Positions 40,754 to 53,879 of a stretch of DNA of 64,000 bases are shown piece by piece; position 1 is the first letter of the stretch, and every line of letters starts with the position of its first letter. The notes below the pieces were generated by a model. That model was not told the DNA's origin. It searched no databases and was given only the letters and a program-made list of their open reading frames with translations. Source of the stretch: Octopus vulgaris (taxonomy: Eukaryota); NCBI GenBank assembly GCA_951406725.2, contig OX597839.1, positions 1,054,001 to 1,118,000 of the forward strand, given 5' to 3'. A program made the translations under genes and the position numbers.

Positions 40754-43700
40754 CAGGGGCGTGCACTCTCAGCAATGCAAGGTATGCGCTGCATGCCTTC
40801 TTTGTTTCAAAGAAAATACGTCCAGTTGTTTTAGAAATATTGTCTCCACTTCGTACATCTGCTTTGATAAATGCTTTTAGAAGATCGCATGATACACACT
40901 CCCTCTCTGTCTGTATTAGTTTGTCCTTCCTTCCTCTCTCTCTCTCTCTATCTTAGTGACTCGATAAATTTATCGCTTATCATGCGTTGGGAAGACAGCA
41001 TGAGTCCCTTCTCTCTGTCTTTGATAGTTTGTCTCTTCTTCCTCTTTCTTTGTTTAAAAGATATACTACGAGGAATGGTCACCCCTTCTCTCTCAGCGAT
41101 TCGACAAATTCAGTTTGGCGTGTCATGCTGTGCTAAAATCGCATTTCACGCCTCTCTGGCTATTTTGACCGGAACAAAAGCCGTCCCATAATTCTTGTTT
41201 TAGCCAGCTGAAATGTTGGAATAGCCTTCGCATGTAAGTTTGAAATTTTTTATTCAAAACATCCGCTTGCACTATCATATTTTTAGAAAGTTTTGAAAGC
41301 AAAAATATCTACATTATATTTCTTATTTTAGAAATAGCTAATTAATCTTAAATTAATTTAACAAAGGGTATTTTTCCGTTTTGTTGAAATTGACTTAAAA
41401 TTTACGCCGGCGCTTCCACGTGGGTCCTTAAATAAGAGCAGCCTTTTTCAAAATGAGTGAAATGTGTGCTATAAACGATATTTTGAGAACTAGTTTTTCT
41501 AAAAGGGACTTCGATGGGAAAAAATTAATTATAAATCGCGGGAGACCAACACCGAATTTACCTAATTTGCGAAGCTACAACAAGAAATTCACGAGACAAT
41601 TCCAGGTTAATTCGTATGAAAAGAAGAAATGGTTAACTGGAAGTGTTGCTCTTAATAAATTATTCTGTTGGCCGTGTTTACTTTTGGCTTAGAAAAAAAT
41701 GTTTGGAATGATAAAGGCTATGATGATTTAAATAATTTACATATGGCTATGCTAAAGCTCGAGCGTTCTCAAAGGCATATAAAATGTTTGATAGACCTTA
41801 AAATATTCGGGAATGTTCGCATAGACTTACAATTAGATGCACGTAAAAATCAAAGCATACAACAGCATAATGAGAAAGTTCGACGAAACAGATCCATTCT
41901 GCAACGATTGATCGATGTTGTTATTTTTTTAGGCCTCCAGGAATTATCGTTTCGGGGTCATTTTGAATCTGAAGGCTCTAATAATCGGGGAAATTATAAA
42001 GAACTCGTTTATTTGATCAGTAAGTATGACAAACAAATGGAAAGTCATTTAGATACAGCTTCTATCTTCACTGGTCTGTCGAACAGAATTCAAAATGACT
42101 TGATCGAAGCAATTCATAAAGTTATGTTGAATGAGATGCAGAAGGAAATTGACCAAGCTAAGTTTGTTTCTATTCTTGTTGATGAGACATCTGATGTCTC
42201 AGCATCTTCACAACTGTCAACAGTTTTACGTTATGTTACAGAAGACTGTGTGACGAAAGAACGATTTATCGGTTTTAGTGATGTTAGTGCAGATCGATCT
42301 GCAAATGCTTTATCTGAACATGTTTTTAAATGCATTGAGACGTGGGAATGTGGAAACAAATTGATTGCGCAGACATATGATGGTGCCGCTACAATGGCAG
42401 GACAACTAAATGGGTTACAGGCAAAAGTAAGAAAGAAATATGAATGTGCGATCTTTATTCATTGTTGTGCCCATATCCTAAATTTAGTTCTTTCACAATC
42501 ATGCTCTGCTATGAAAGAATGCAAGATATTTTTTTCTACAATAAACGGACTCGGTACATTTTTTACGAAATCACCGAAAAGGACTAATGCATTAGATAAT
42601 ATTGTTAAAAAAAGATTTCCGAAAGCAACAGCAACTAGATGGAATTACTCCTCACGTCTTATTATTACCACAAAGGAAAATTATAATTTCATAATCAGCC
42701 TTTTTGAACACATCATTGAAAATCCTGAACCATAAATTCAGCAATTGGATTCTTACACACTTTAAAAGCTCCTGATTTCTTATTTTTGTTAGAGGTATTC
42801 AGTGACATTTTTTCTTTTACTGACGTCTTATTTAACATACTCCAGAGTAAAAGTCATGACATAGTGTATTGTAAACAGCAAATAGATAAAACTAGAACTG
42901 TACTCGAAAACAAACTTGATAATTTTTCAGTCTTTTATGATAGGTTAGGGAAAAATATGGAGTCGATGCAGGAATCGGAATTCAGAGATCCAAGAATATA
43001 TCTATTGATCCCCAACGGCATTATAGAACGCTTTATAAGAAAATTATAAGTACAATAGTTGACCAAATAAAAGCACGATATTCATCCTTAGAAGAGTTTA
43101 AATTCATGGAACTTTTGAATTTCAACAAAGTTGATGAGTATTGCAAACAATTTCCTGTGGACTCTTTAGATTCTTTAAGAACAACTTATGGCAGATTTTT
43201 TGATGTAATACGATTACAAAGTGAGCTCAATGTGATGTATTCAATGAAAGATTTTAAAAAACCAAGTGTAAGTCATTTAATGAGTTACATTAACTGCACT
43301 GATCTTGTTGAAGCTATGCCAGAACTCTTCAATCTGTGCAAGTTGATTTTGACAATTCCGTCTACCACTGCTTCTGTAGAGCGATCCTTTTCTGCATTAA
43401 GTAGAATTAAAACATACCAAAGAAATGCGACAGGAGAAAGAAGACTGTCTGGGTTAGCACTAATGTCAATTGAAAAAGATTTATTACAAGAATTGATGAA
43501 AAGAGAAGATTTCTATGAAAATGTGATAGATATATTTGCCCAGAAAGATCGAAGAATTGAATTAATTTATAAATGAGCTAAGTAACATTTTAAAACATAA
43601 AAAAAAATATATTAAAGAGCATATATTACAGGTTTTGCTAAGTGTTTGTTATAACGTAAGGTTCGACCTTCTTACATCAGTATTGTTTCGCAGGAGAAAT

Positions 43701-44526
43701 GTTTTGATTTCTTCGTGAAACCTAACCTACATAGATTTCCTTTCTGTGCTGCTGGGTGTAGTCTATTTACGGCCGTAAATAAGTGTTTTGTTTCACTTTC
43801 AATAAGTGTCTTGTTTCAATCTCAGAGATGTTGACTTCTGCCACAACAGTTTTGGGAGGCTTTTTACAATGTTGAATTTTCGCTGTCTTTCATTGTGTGC
43901 GTATTCATGTATATGCGTGTATTTTCAATGTTTATGCGTGAGACGTAGTCCTTTAATGTACGGAGTTCAGTAAGTCTCAGAACAGTCAATAATTTTCCCG
44001 GAATTGACAAGTAGCATGATAAAGAACCTGACTTGTCTTCGAGAGCGTAACGATCTAAAACCATGGCCATATAATGTAACTAAATGTGTTCTTTTAATTA
44101 AATCATTTCATTCAGCTCAACCGATAGGTATAGGGGCTAATGCAGAATCGCACCCCTTTGAAAAACGAATTTATGTGAAAATTTTTTTCGGATTCCTACC
44201 TTTAACAGAGATTCTGAATATGCAAAAATATTGACAGAATCCAATTTCATCTTTATTACATTTCACTTATGATTTTTAGACTTTTCTAAGGGAGAATGAG
44301 GATGGGAAAGTACTGACGTTTCGAAGAGCAAAGAATAATACAAACAATACACTTATTTCAGGATCATCTCTGCACAGCCATTTTTTATACCATGTTTATT
44401 CTGCATATTCAGAATCTCTTACATGTAAATCGTAGGAATAGGAAAATGTTTTACTGAAAAATTGCCGGGGGGGGGGGGGATGAAATTAATTGCATGCCCA
44501 ACGCCGGAAGTCACCGCACGCCACTG
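40754..44526 (+). mobile_element. hAT DNA transposon with both ends
   Basis: 11-bp TIR caggggcgtgc / gcacgccactg (1 mismatch); perfect 8-bp TSD gaatatat at 40746-40753 and 44527-44534. Confidence 0.95.
41453..43576 (+). pseudogene. hAT transposase (ZMYM1-like/DUF4371 plus hATC dimerization), disrupted
   Basis: SFRGH, LVDETSD, YDGA, HCCAHILNL, TRWN, IPSTTASVERSFSAL; split over four ORFs by lesions near 41685, 42735 and 43000. Confidence 0.92.
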
Positions 44527-45133
44527 GAATATATATAATCAAGAACATACCTATGTTTCGAATTTCATCAAAATTGCAGATGAGGGTTATTTCCCTCTTT
44601 ACACATCCAGACAAAATTATAATTGTGCCACATGTATCCCATACTACTGACTTTTATGCGCATATTCCAAAATTCCAGTCTTATAGAACCTGTTAAAAGG
44701 ATTTTGCTCCTGAAAACTTGAGGTCATGGAGCTCTAAAATGTGAGAGTTAACGCCCCTATTGGTGGTGGGCATTTTAATGTCAACCAGAGAAGTTTAATT
44801 GTTGAGAATCTTTTTAACTTGTGTCTTATATCTATCGTTTGAATTTCTTTGAAATAGGAAATATATGTTCACTGGGTTTGTAAAAGAGAGCAAAGCTACA
44901 GGAAACCAAAAGACGAATGATCACAATAGGCAGTCAGCTACAGTACCCTAGTCGTTACACTCCCAATGTAGTATTCCTCACCATGCAGGTGACAGGCACA
45001 GCCGTAAGATGCATTACGAATCTATAGCAATTGGAAGGACGTGACCCAACTGAAAAAAAATATTAACAACCGTGTTAATACTACGCGTCATTTATGTATG
45101 TAAGTATGTATGTATGTATGTATGTACGTACAC

Positions 45134-45275
<142 letters not shown>

Positions 45276-45647
45276 TTACCTATCAAGCTAGCAAGCTGTG
45301 TAGGCGTAGCAATATCGAAAGAATTTAGCTTCTCAAAAACATGGTTTCGATTCCTGGCCCAAAGCCTGGCAACTTGAGTATCTTCTACAATTGCTTCGGG
45401 TCGACAAAAGCCTTGTATGCGGATGGAAGCTGCAAAGGTTCTGTCGTATAAACACATACATACACACACAAGCTTACACACAGACAAACACATACACACA
45501 CAAGCTTACACACAGACAAACACATACACACACATGTCTGTGTGTGTTGTTATGCGTGTACATGTGTGTGTACACACATAACAAGTTGCAAGCTCTTAAA
45601 GAAGAGGGGATGAAAACTGCTCGAATGGCAGAGGTGCAACATGTCAT

Positions 45648-46018
45648 CAAAGCTACCTTTCGGTCTTTGGTTGATCAAAATGTGCGCATAATACACGAGC
45701 CCAAGAAGCTGTGTGGGTGTGTTTCAGCAGCACTTCGCCCAACTTGTTGGGATGGATGGCAGTCCGAAACACAGGGTGGACTACAGTACCTACTTCGACG
45801 GTATGCCACAACTCTCAGAAAGTGGGGCACTATGTTACTAATTGCCAATAACAACTGCAAAAACACGGGAAACTCAGCGGCATTTGGCCGAAATGTGAAC
45901 GACGCCAATTTAAACATCTTAGAAGGACTTGAATCAGAGTATGGTCAACTTGTTTTCTTCTGTGCAGTTTCATTGCTAAGTAAAGGGAAGATGCTTCAAC
46001 GAAACACACAAACACACA

Positions 46019-46080
<62 letters not shown>

Positions 46081-46238
46081 TACATAAATATATATATATA
46101 TATATAACTTTTTTTTATAATTATGAGTATAATTATAAGGGTTCGGCAAAAAAAATTTGCTTCACCACAGACCTAACTTTAGAAATAGCAGCCAAAGATC
46201 CTGGCTATTTCTTCTACGATAAGAAACAGTACCCTCCA

Positions 46239-46323
<85 letters not shown>

Positions 46324-47550
46324 CCTATATATAGATATACCTATATATAAATATATATGTACATATGTATGTATGTATGCATGTATGTATGTATGTATGT
46401 ATGTATGAAAGTGTGTGTGTGCATTTGTATGTATATATATATATATATTCTTACGTGCATACATATATACTTACATGAAATTAGAATACTCAATTCGGAT
46501 GAGAACTGGTGACCGGTCAGCGTTGGTAAGGATCTCCATATCATCACTTTTGTGAAGAATGTTAATATCACCGTGTTTGTATCTCTCAAAAAAAAACAAA
46601 AATTATCCAAATATTTGATCCCTACAAATGCCATTTTCTTCATAGGTGGTTCTACCAGGTTTAGCTGATTTCTTTCCTTCCTACTGATTCCATTGAAGAA
46701 CACAAGAGACAAAGCTTGCAATTCACAGAGGAATTGAAAGTTATGACAATGTTATCAGTTGTATATGCACAGCAAACTTGCTTGACCCCTTCGTAATAGC
46801 ATAACATTTATTAAGATTAAATTAACCCCTGAATATTAGTTTAACCCGTTGACAGGAGCTTAACCAGCTAACGTTAATTTAATCCTTGAATATTAGATTT
46901 ACTGCTTAGCATTAGCTTAACACCTGAACATTAGTTTAAACCTTTAGCATTAGCTTAACCCCTGAACATTAATTTAAACCCTCAGCATTAGCTTTACCCT
47001 TTAGCATTAGCTTAACCCCTTAGCATTAGCTTAACTCCTTAGCAATAGCTTAACCCCTTAGCAAATTGAATACATATTCTTTTACCTTGTTTTCAAATAG
47101 ATAACGATAACACATAGTGCATCATCCCAAACAATCAAGTGTGCACAGAGTTTTTCGCCCATACCTTGGTGACAGTTAATCGTGGATAGCGAGTATAAAT
47201 CTAAATTTTAAATACTCCTCTGAATATAGACCAAATTTGTTTTTGAATCAAGCACGAAGAGATTTCAGCTCAAGCAAATTTTTTCAACAATTTCTACAAA
47301 AAGTTTTCAGCATAAATTTTCGGAAAATATGCTCAAAAAGAAACAAAAAGATATTCAGTGAAACTTCTCAGCTGCAGAGAGATTTTGTATGAATGATGCA
47401 AGTTTTTCTAACCTTTTCGCTGAACTCACAAACTGACCGGTGAGAATAAAATGACCTGTTAATTTTCATCTCTATTCATATATATATATATATGTATATA
47501 TATATAGATATACATACGTGTGTGTATATATATGTCCGTTACCGGTACCG

Positions 47551-47623
<73 letters not shown>

Positions 47624-49594
47624 GTCTGTCTGTCTGTCTGTCTGTCTTTCTCTATCTCTCTCTCTGCCTCTTTCTCTTCCACTCCACCCCAACCCATTTC
47701 AAACCATTCACTTCTTTCATCCCTCAACCCCAACGCCATTTCTTGCCCCCCCATCAACACTCTGCAACACAACATTTTTCTTGTGCACCAAGAGTTTTTG
47801 TCACCAGAGATAAAAGAGTCAATACTTTTGGACACACCTGCATACATGAGTCTGTCTCCAGTTTATTTCTCCATAGGGAATTAAGGTGGCATTGCTTTCA
47901 CTACTGACAGTTCCCACACTACATACATACAGACACGCACGCACACACAAAGACACGCGCGCATGCACGTTTGTAATTACCAACAAGTTTTCACATACCA
48001 CTAAACCGAAAGAAATAATCTAAAGTGCGGCGAAATGGCAGAAACGTTAGCACGCCGGGCGAAATACGTAGCCGTATTTCGTCTGCCGTTAGGTTCTGAG
48101 TTCAAATTCCGCCGACGTCGACTTTACCTTTCATATTTTCGGGGGTCGATAAATTAAGTACCATTTGCGCACTGGGATCGATATAATGGCTTTGGACAGA
48201 TGGACGGTCGGACTGATGCGGCCAGGCATGACAATGTTTGTATCGTCGGAAGTGAGAGTTCGGTAGTTGAGTGAGAGGTACGTTATTGACGAAGGCTCGC
48301 CATCCGAACGTGCGATATAATTTATGTATTTTCAGGTTCAACCTGTTCAAATAAGTACAGGCGCAGGAGTGGCTGTGTGGTAAGTAGCTTGTTTACCAAC
48401 CACATGGTTCTGGGTTCTGACCCACAGCGTGGCATCTTGGGCAAGTGTCTTCTACTATGGCCACGGGCCGACCAAAGCCTTGTGAGCGGATTTGGTAGAC
48501 GGAAACTGAAAGAAACCCGTCGTATATGTGTGTGTATATATAGAGGTTTGTGTGTCTGTTTTTGTCCCCCTAGCATTGCTTGACAACCGATGCTGGTGTG
48601 TTTATGTCCCCGTTACCTAGCGGTTCGGCAAAAGAGACCGATAGAATAAGTACTGGGCTTACAAAGAATAAGTCTCAGGGTTGAGTTGCTCGATTAAAGG
48701 CGGTGCTCCAGCATAGCCGCAGTCAAACGACTGAAACAAGTAAAAGAGTAAAAGAGAAAAGAGAGAACTAATTCGATGGCCCATTAACTGAAGAGATGCC
48801 GTCGTGGGTTTCCTCCACGACATCCGAAACTCGGAGTTTTATCATGGCTACCGAATAATTGTCAGATATTATATTTACTAATATATACTTACACACAGAC
48901 ACACACGTGCGCGCGCGCATATATATATATATTCAAGAGAAATTTAAAAAAGGATGTTGCAACAGAGATGGTGAATCTCGTTGACTTTTTTTCTGTACAC
49001 AGTTTGTGACAGATCATGACATTTTCGCTAGGCTCATATTCCATTCGCGGGCCCATGAGAAACGATCGTGCACTAACTACTCTGTCTATATGTCTGTGTA
49101 CACCTTTCAATGCCATGTATACCATAAGGTCTGCAAATCTAACGGAGGGCTCGAAAGACATTTTAAGATACACAAAGATCAGAATTTAACTGCAGGCCTT
49201 GGTGATCCAAATCAGATATGCAATCTATGTGGGTGTGAAGGAATTGTGTTTTTGAGAATGTGGACCTCGAATCACATAGAGCTATGAATATTTAAATATT
49301 GGATTGGAAAACTTTCTACGAGATCCACTGTTCCAGAAAGGATTATTTCATATACATATTCTTTTACTTTTTTACTTGTTTCAGTCAATTGATTGCGACC
49401 ATGCTGGAGCTTCGCCTTTAGACGAACAGGATTTATTCTTTGTAAGTCCAGTACTTATTTTATCAGTCTCTTTCGTAAACACACCATCATCGGTTGACGT
49501 TCGATAGTGGGTGGAGAAACACAGACACACAAACATACACACACATTCACGCACATACACACATAGACACACACGAACATATATAAAAATATGT
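45648..49594 (+). repeat. Segmental duplication, copy 2
   Basis: Colinear with 36484-40122; carries an extra SINE-containing segment at about 47910-48187. Confidence 0.9.
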
Positions 49595-49958
49595 ATATAC
49601 GATGAGCTTCTTTCAGTTTCCATTTACCAAATCCACACTCAAGGCTTTAGTCGACCCGAGGCCATTGTAGAAGACACTTGCCGAAGTTGCCACGCAGTGG
49701 GACTGAACTCGGAACTGTGTGGTTAGGAAGCAAGCTACGTACCACACAACCATACCTGTTTGAAATTACATATATGTACGACATGAACAAGCTGGTGACA
49801 CAAGGTTTTCTAACAAATAAAACATTTAAAGTGTCACGTTAACCCATTGAATACCTCAGCTAGACTGCGACTTGCATTACTGTTATGCTCATTCACCAGA
49901 AAAGGATATTGAGGTCAGGCAAATTATCAATTATGTATGTATGTATGTATAGATCTAC

Positions 49959-50085
<127 letters not shown>

Positions 50086-50097
50086 TCTATCTGTCTG

Positions 50098-50166
<69 letters not shown>

Positions 50167-50174
<8 letters not shown>

Positions 50175-50630
50175 TTACCTATCTGTCTGTCTATCTAGCT
50201 GTGTAGGCGTAGCAATATGGAAAGAATTTAGCTTCTCAAAAACATGGTCTCGAGTTCACTCCCACAGCCTGGCAGCTTGAGTGTCTTCTACAATTGCTTC
50301 AGGTCGACGAAAGCCTTTTATGCGGATGGAAGCTGAAAAGGTCCTATCATATGAACTTCGCCCAACTGTTTGGGATGGATGGCAGTCCGAAACGCAGGGA
50401 GGACTGCAGTGCCTCGTTCGACGGTATGCTACAACTTTCAGAAAGTTGGGCGCTATGTTACTAAATGCCAATAACAACTGCAGAAACACGGGAAACTCGG
50501 CGGCATTTGGCCGAAATGTGCAAGACGCCAGTTTAAACTGCTTAGAAGAACTTGAATCAGAGTATGGTCAACTTGTTGACTACTGTGTAGTTTGTTTGCT
50601 AAGCAAACAAACGATATATATATATATATA

Positions 50631-50710
<80 letters not shown>

Positions 50711-52400
50711 TCTATGTATGTAAGTGTGTGTGTGCATATGTATGTATACATATATATATTTATATATATTCTTACGTGCATACATATATACATACATGCA
50801 TGCATGCATACATACATATATACATACATATATACATACATACATAATACATACATACATACATACATGCATACACACATACATACATACATACATGCAG
50901 ACATACATACTATATGTACGTACACAGGCGTTCATATAGGTGAATGCTTATATGAGTTTCGAATGCAAGCTATAGAAATCATTAATGAAAGGACTTATTC
51001 ATTCAACAGTTTTATTCTTCTGTGATCTAAAATATTAAAATATACTACCACAACCGAAACCAGTTTCTAACTCACATTGAGAAATCTTCCCGTTTGCACA
51101 AAAGTTGTTTAAAATAACAAGAAACTACGTAAAATAAGAAATGATACCAGTCAAGAATATGCCGGATGGAATGGACTAAACACAAAAATTCTTAAAACTC
51201 GATCCTAAATAAGAACCCATTGCCACCAAGCAATTTTCTTAAAACGTGGATGAACATTGAGCGAATGTCTCATGCGAAGGGAACTAATCTAAGCATGTAT
51301 CTCTAAATCGAGGCTATTTGATAAGGGAGGGCATATTCCCTAGAAGTCTGGGAGGTCATGGATTTTGTGGGGTTTCCATGAGCAGTGCTTCGAAGTCTCT
51401 CTATTTGGAGGGTTTTAATTGTTATAAGTTGTTATAAATATGGTGATTCTGTATTTAAGCGCCTCAATCCCTTTCTTTTTGTATCGTATTGTTCTTTACC
51501 TTCTCCAAGCTTTGATATGAAAACTCAGAGGTTAATGAGGAACAGATTATCTTCATTATTACCTCATCGATGCACAACAGTTTAAATTGTTGGAAAAGAA
51601 TAACATTCTTACGCTGGGCAACAACAAATAACCTTATATGTCAAGAATTTTCCTAAGTATCCTAAATGTCCCTAATCACACTATTTACTCTAGCTACATT
51701 AAACTAGGGTTTATGCTTATTTCTTCTATCCGTCTTTTCAATGTCCACTGCACTATTTTTGTTATACATCTCACACTGACTTTCTCTTTATTTGGAAAGG
51801 TAAAGTCAACTACCCAGTACTTTCGATTCTCATTGTCTGCTGCAATTAACTAGAGTTTCTGTCACTCTATCAGTTTGAATGCTAAGATCTCACAATTCCT
51901 TATATTTCTTACTTTCTAGCCCTTTACTAGCTTCCTATCTATTTACCTATCTGTCTGTCTATCTAGCTGTGTAGGCGTAGCAATATGGAAAGAATTTAGC
52001 TTCTCAAATACATGGTCTCGAGTTCACTCCCACAGCCTGGCAGCTTGAGTGTCTTCTACAATTGCTTCAGGTCGACGAAAGCCTTTTATGCGGATGGAAG
52101 CTGAAAAGGTCCTATCATATGAACTTCGTCCAACTGTTTGGGATGGATGGCAGTCCGAAACGCAGGGAGGACTGCAGTGCCTCGTTCGACGGTATGCCAC
52201 AACTTTCAGAAAGTTGGGCGCTATGTTACTAAATGCCAATAACAACTGCAGAAACACGGGAAACTCGGCGGCATTTGGCCGAAATGTGCAAGACGCCAGT
52301 TTAAACTGCTTAGAAGAACTTGAATCAGAGTATGGTCAACTTGTTGACTACTGTGTAGTTTGTTTGCTAAGCAAACAAACGATATATATATATATATACC

Positions 52401-52472
<72 letters not shown>

Positions 52473-53759
52473 TCTATGTATGTAAGTGTGTGTGTGCATA
52501 TGTATGTATACATATATATATTTATATATATTCTTACGTGCATACATATATACATACATGCATGCATGCATACATACATATATACATACATATATACATA
52601 CATACATAATACATACATACATACATACATGCATACACACATACATACATACATACATGCAGACATACATACTATATGTACGTACACAGGCGTTCATATA
52701 GGTGAATGCTTATATGAGTTTCGAATGCAAGCTATAGAAATCATTAATGAAAGGACTTATTCATTCAACAGTTTTATTCTTCTGTGATCTAAAATATTAA
52801 AATATACTACCACAACCGAAACCAGTTTCTAACTCACATTGAGAAATCTTCCCGTTTGCACAAAAGTTGTTTAAAATAACAAGAAACTACGTAAAATAAG
52901 AAATGATACCAGTCAAGAATATGCCGGATGGAATGGACTAAACACAAAAATTCTTAAAACTCGATCCTAAATAAGAACCCATTGCCACCAAGCAATTTTC
53001 TTAAAACGTGGATGAACATTGAGCGAATGTCTCATGCGAAGGGAACTAATCTAAGCATGTATCTCTAAATCGAGGCTATTTGATAAGGGAGGGCATATTC
53101 CCTAGAAGTCTGGGAGGTCATGGATTTTGTGGGGTTTCCATGAGCAGTGCTTCGAAGTCTCTCTATTTGGAGGGTTTTAATTGTTATAAGTTGTTATAAA
53201 TATGGTGATTCTGTATTTAAGCGCCTCAATCCCTTTCTTTTTGTATCGTATTGTTCTTTACCTTCTCCAAGCTTTGATATGAAGACTCAGAGGTTAATGA
53301 GGAACAGATTATCTTCATTATTACCTCATCGATGCACAACAGTTTAAATTGTTGGAAAAGAATAACATTCTTACGCTGGGCAACAACAAATAACCTTATA
53401 TGTCAAGAATTTTCCTAAGTATCCTAAATGTCCCTAATCACACTATTTACTCTAGCTACATTAAACTAGGTTTTATGCTTATTTCTTCTATCCGTCTTTT
53501 CAATGTCCACTGCACTATTTTTGTTATACATCTCACACTGACTTTCTCTTTATTTGGAAAGGTAAAGTCAACTACCCAGTACTTTCGATTCTCATTGTCT
53601 GCTGCAATTAACTAGAGTTTCTGTCACTCTATCAGTTTGAATGCTAAGATCTCACAATTCCTTATATTTCTTACTTTCTAGCCCTTTACTAGCTTCCTAT
53701 CTATTTACCTATCTGTCTGTCTATCTAGCTGTGTAGGCGTAGCAATATGGAAAGAATTT
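50167..53759 (+). repeat. Near-identical tandem duplication, unit about 1.77 kb (two copies plus about 62 bp of a third)
   Basis: Matching ORFs at offsets 1768 and 1762 (50281/52049, 51385/53147); junctions at about 51935 and 53697. Confidence 0.93.
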
Positions 53760-53879
53760 GTATCATATTGTATCATTTCTGTGCCAGAATACTACATCCA
53801 CTAATTAAATAACTAACAGTTGCCACTTTTTATTTATATAATCTATATTCGGAATCTACATGACTTTGTCTATTTGGGA

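Noticed and set aside
41668-42735. Host ZMYM1-like gene
   Set aside because: Intronless, disrupted and enclosed by TIRs and TSD, so a transposase
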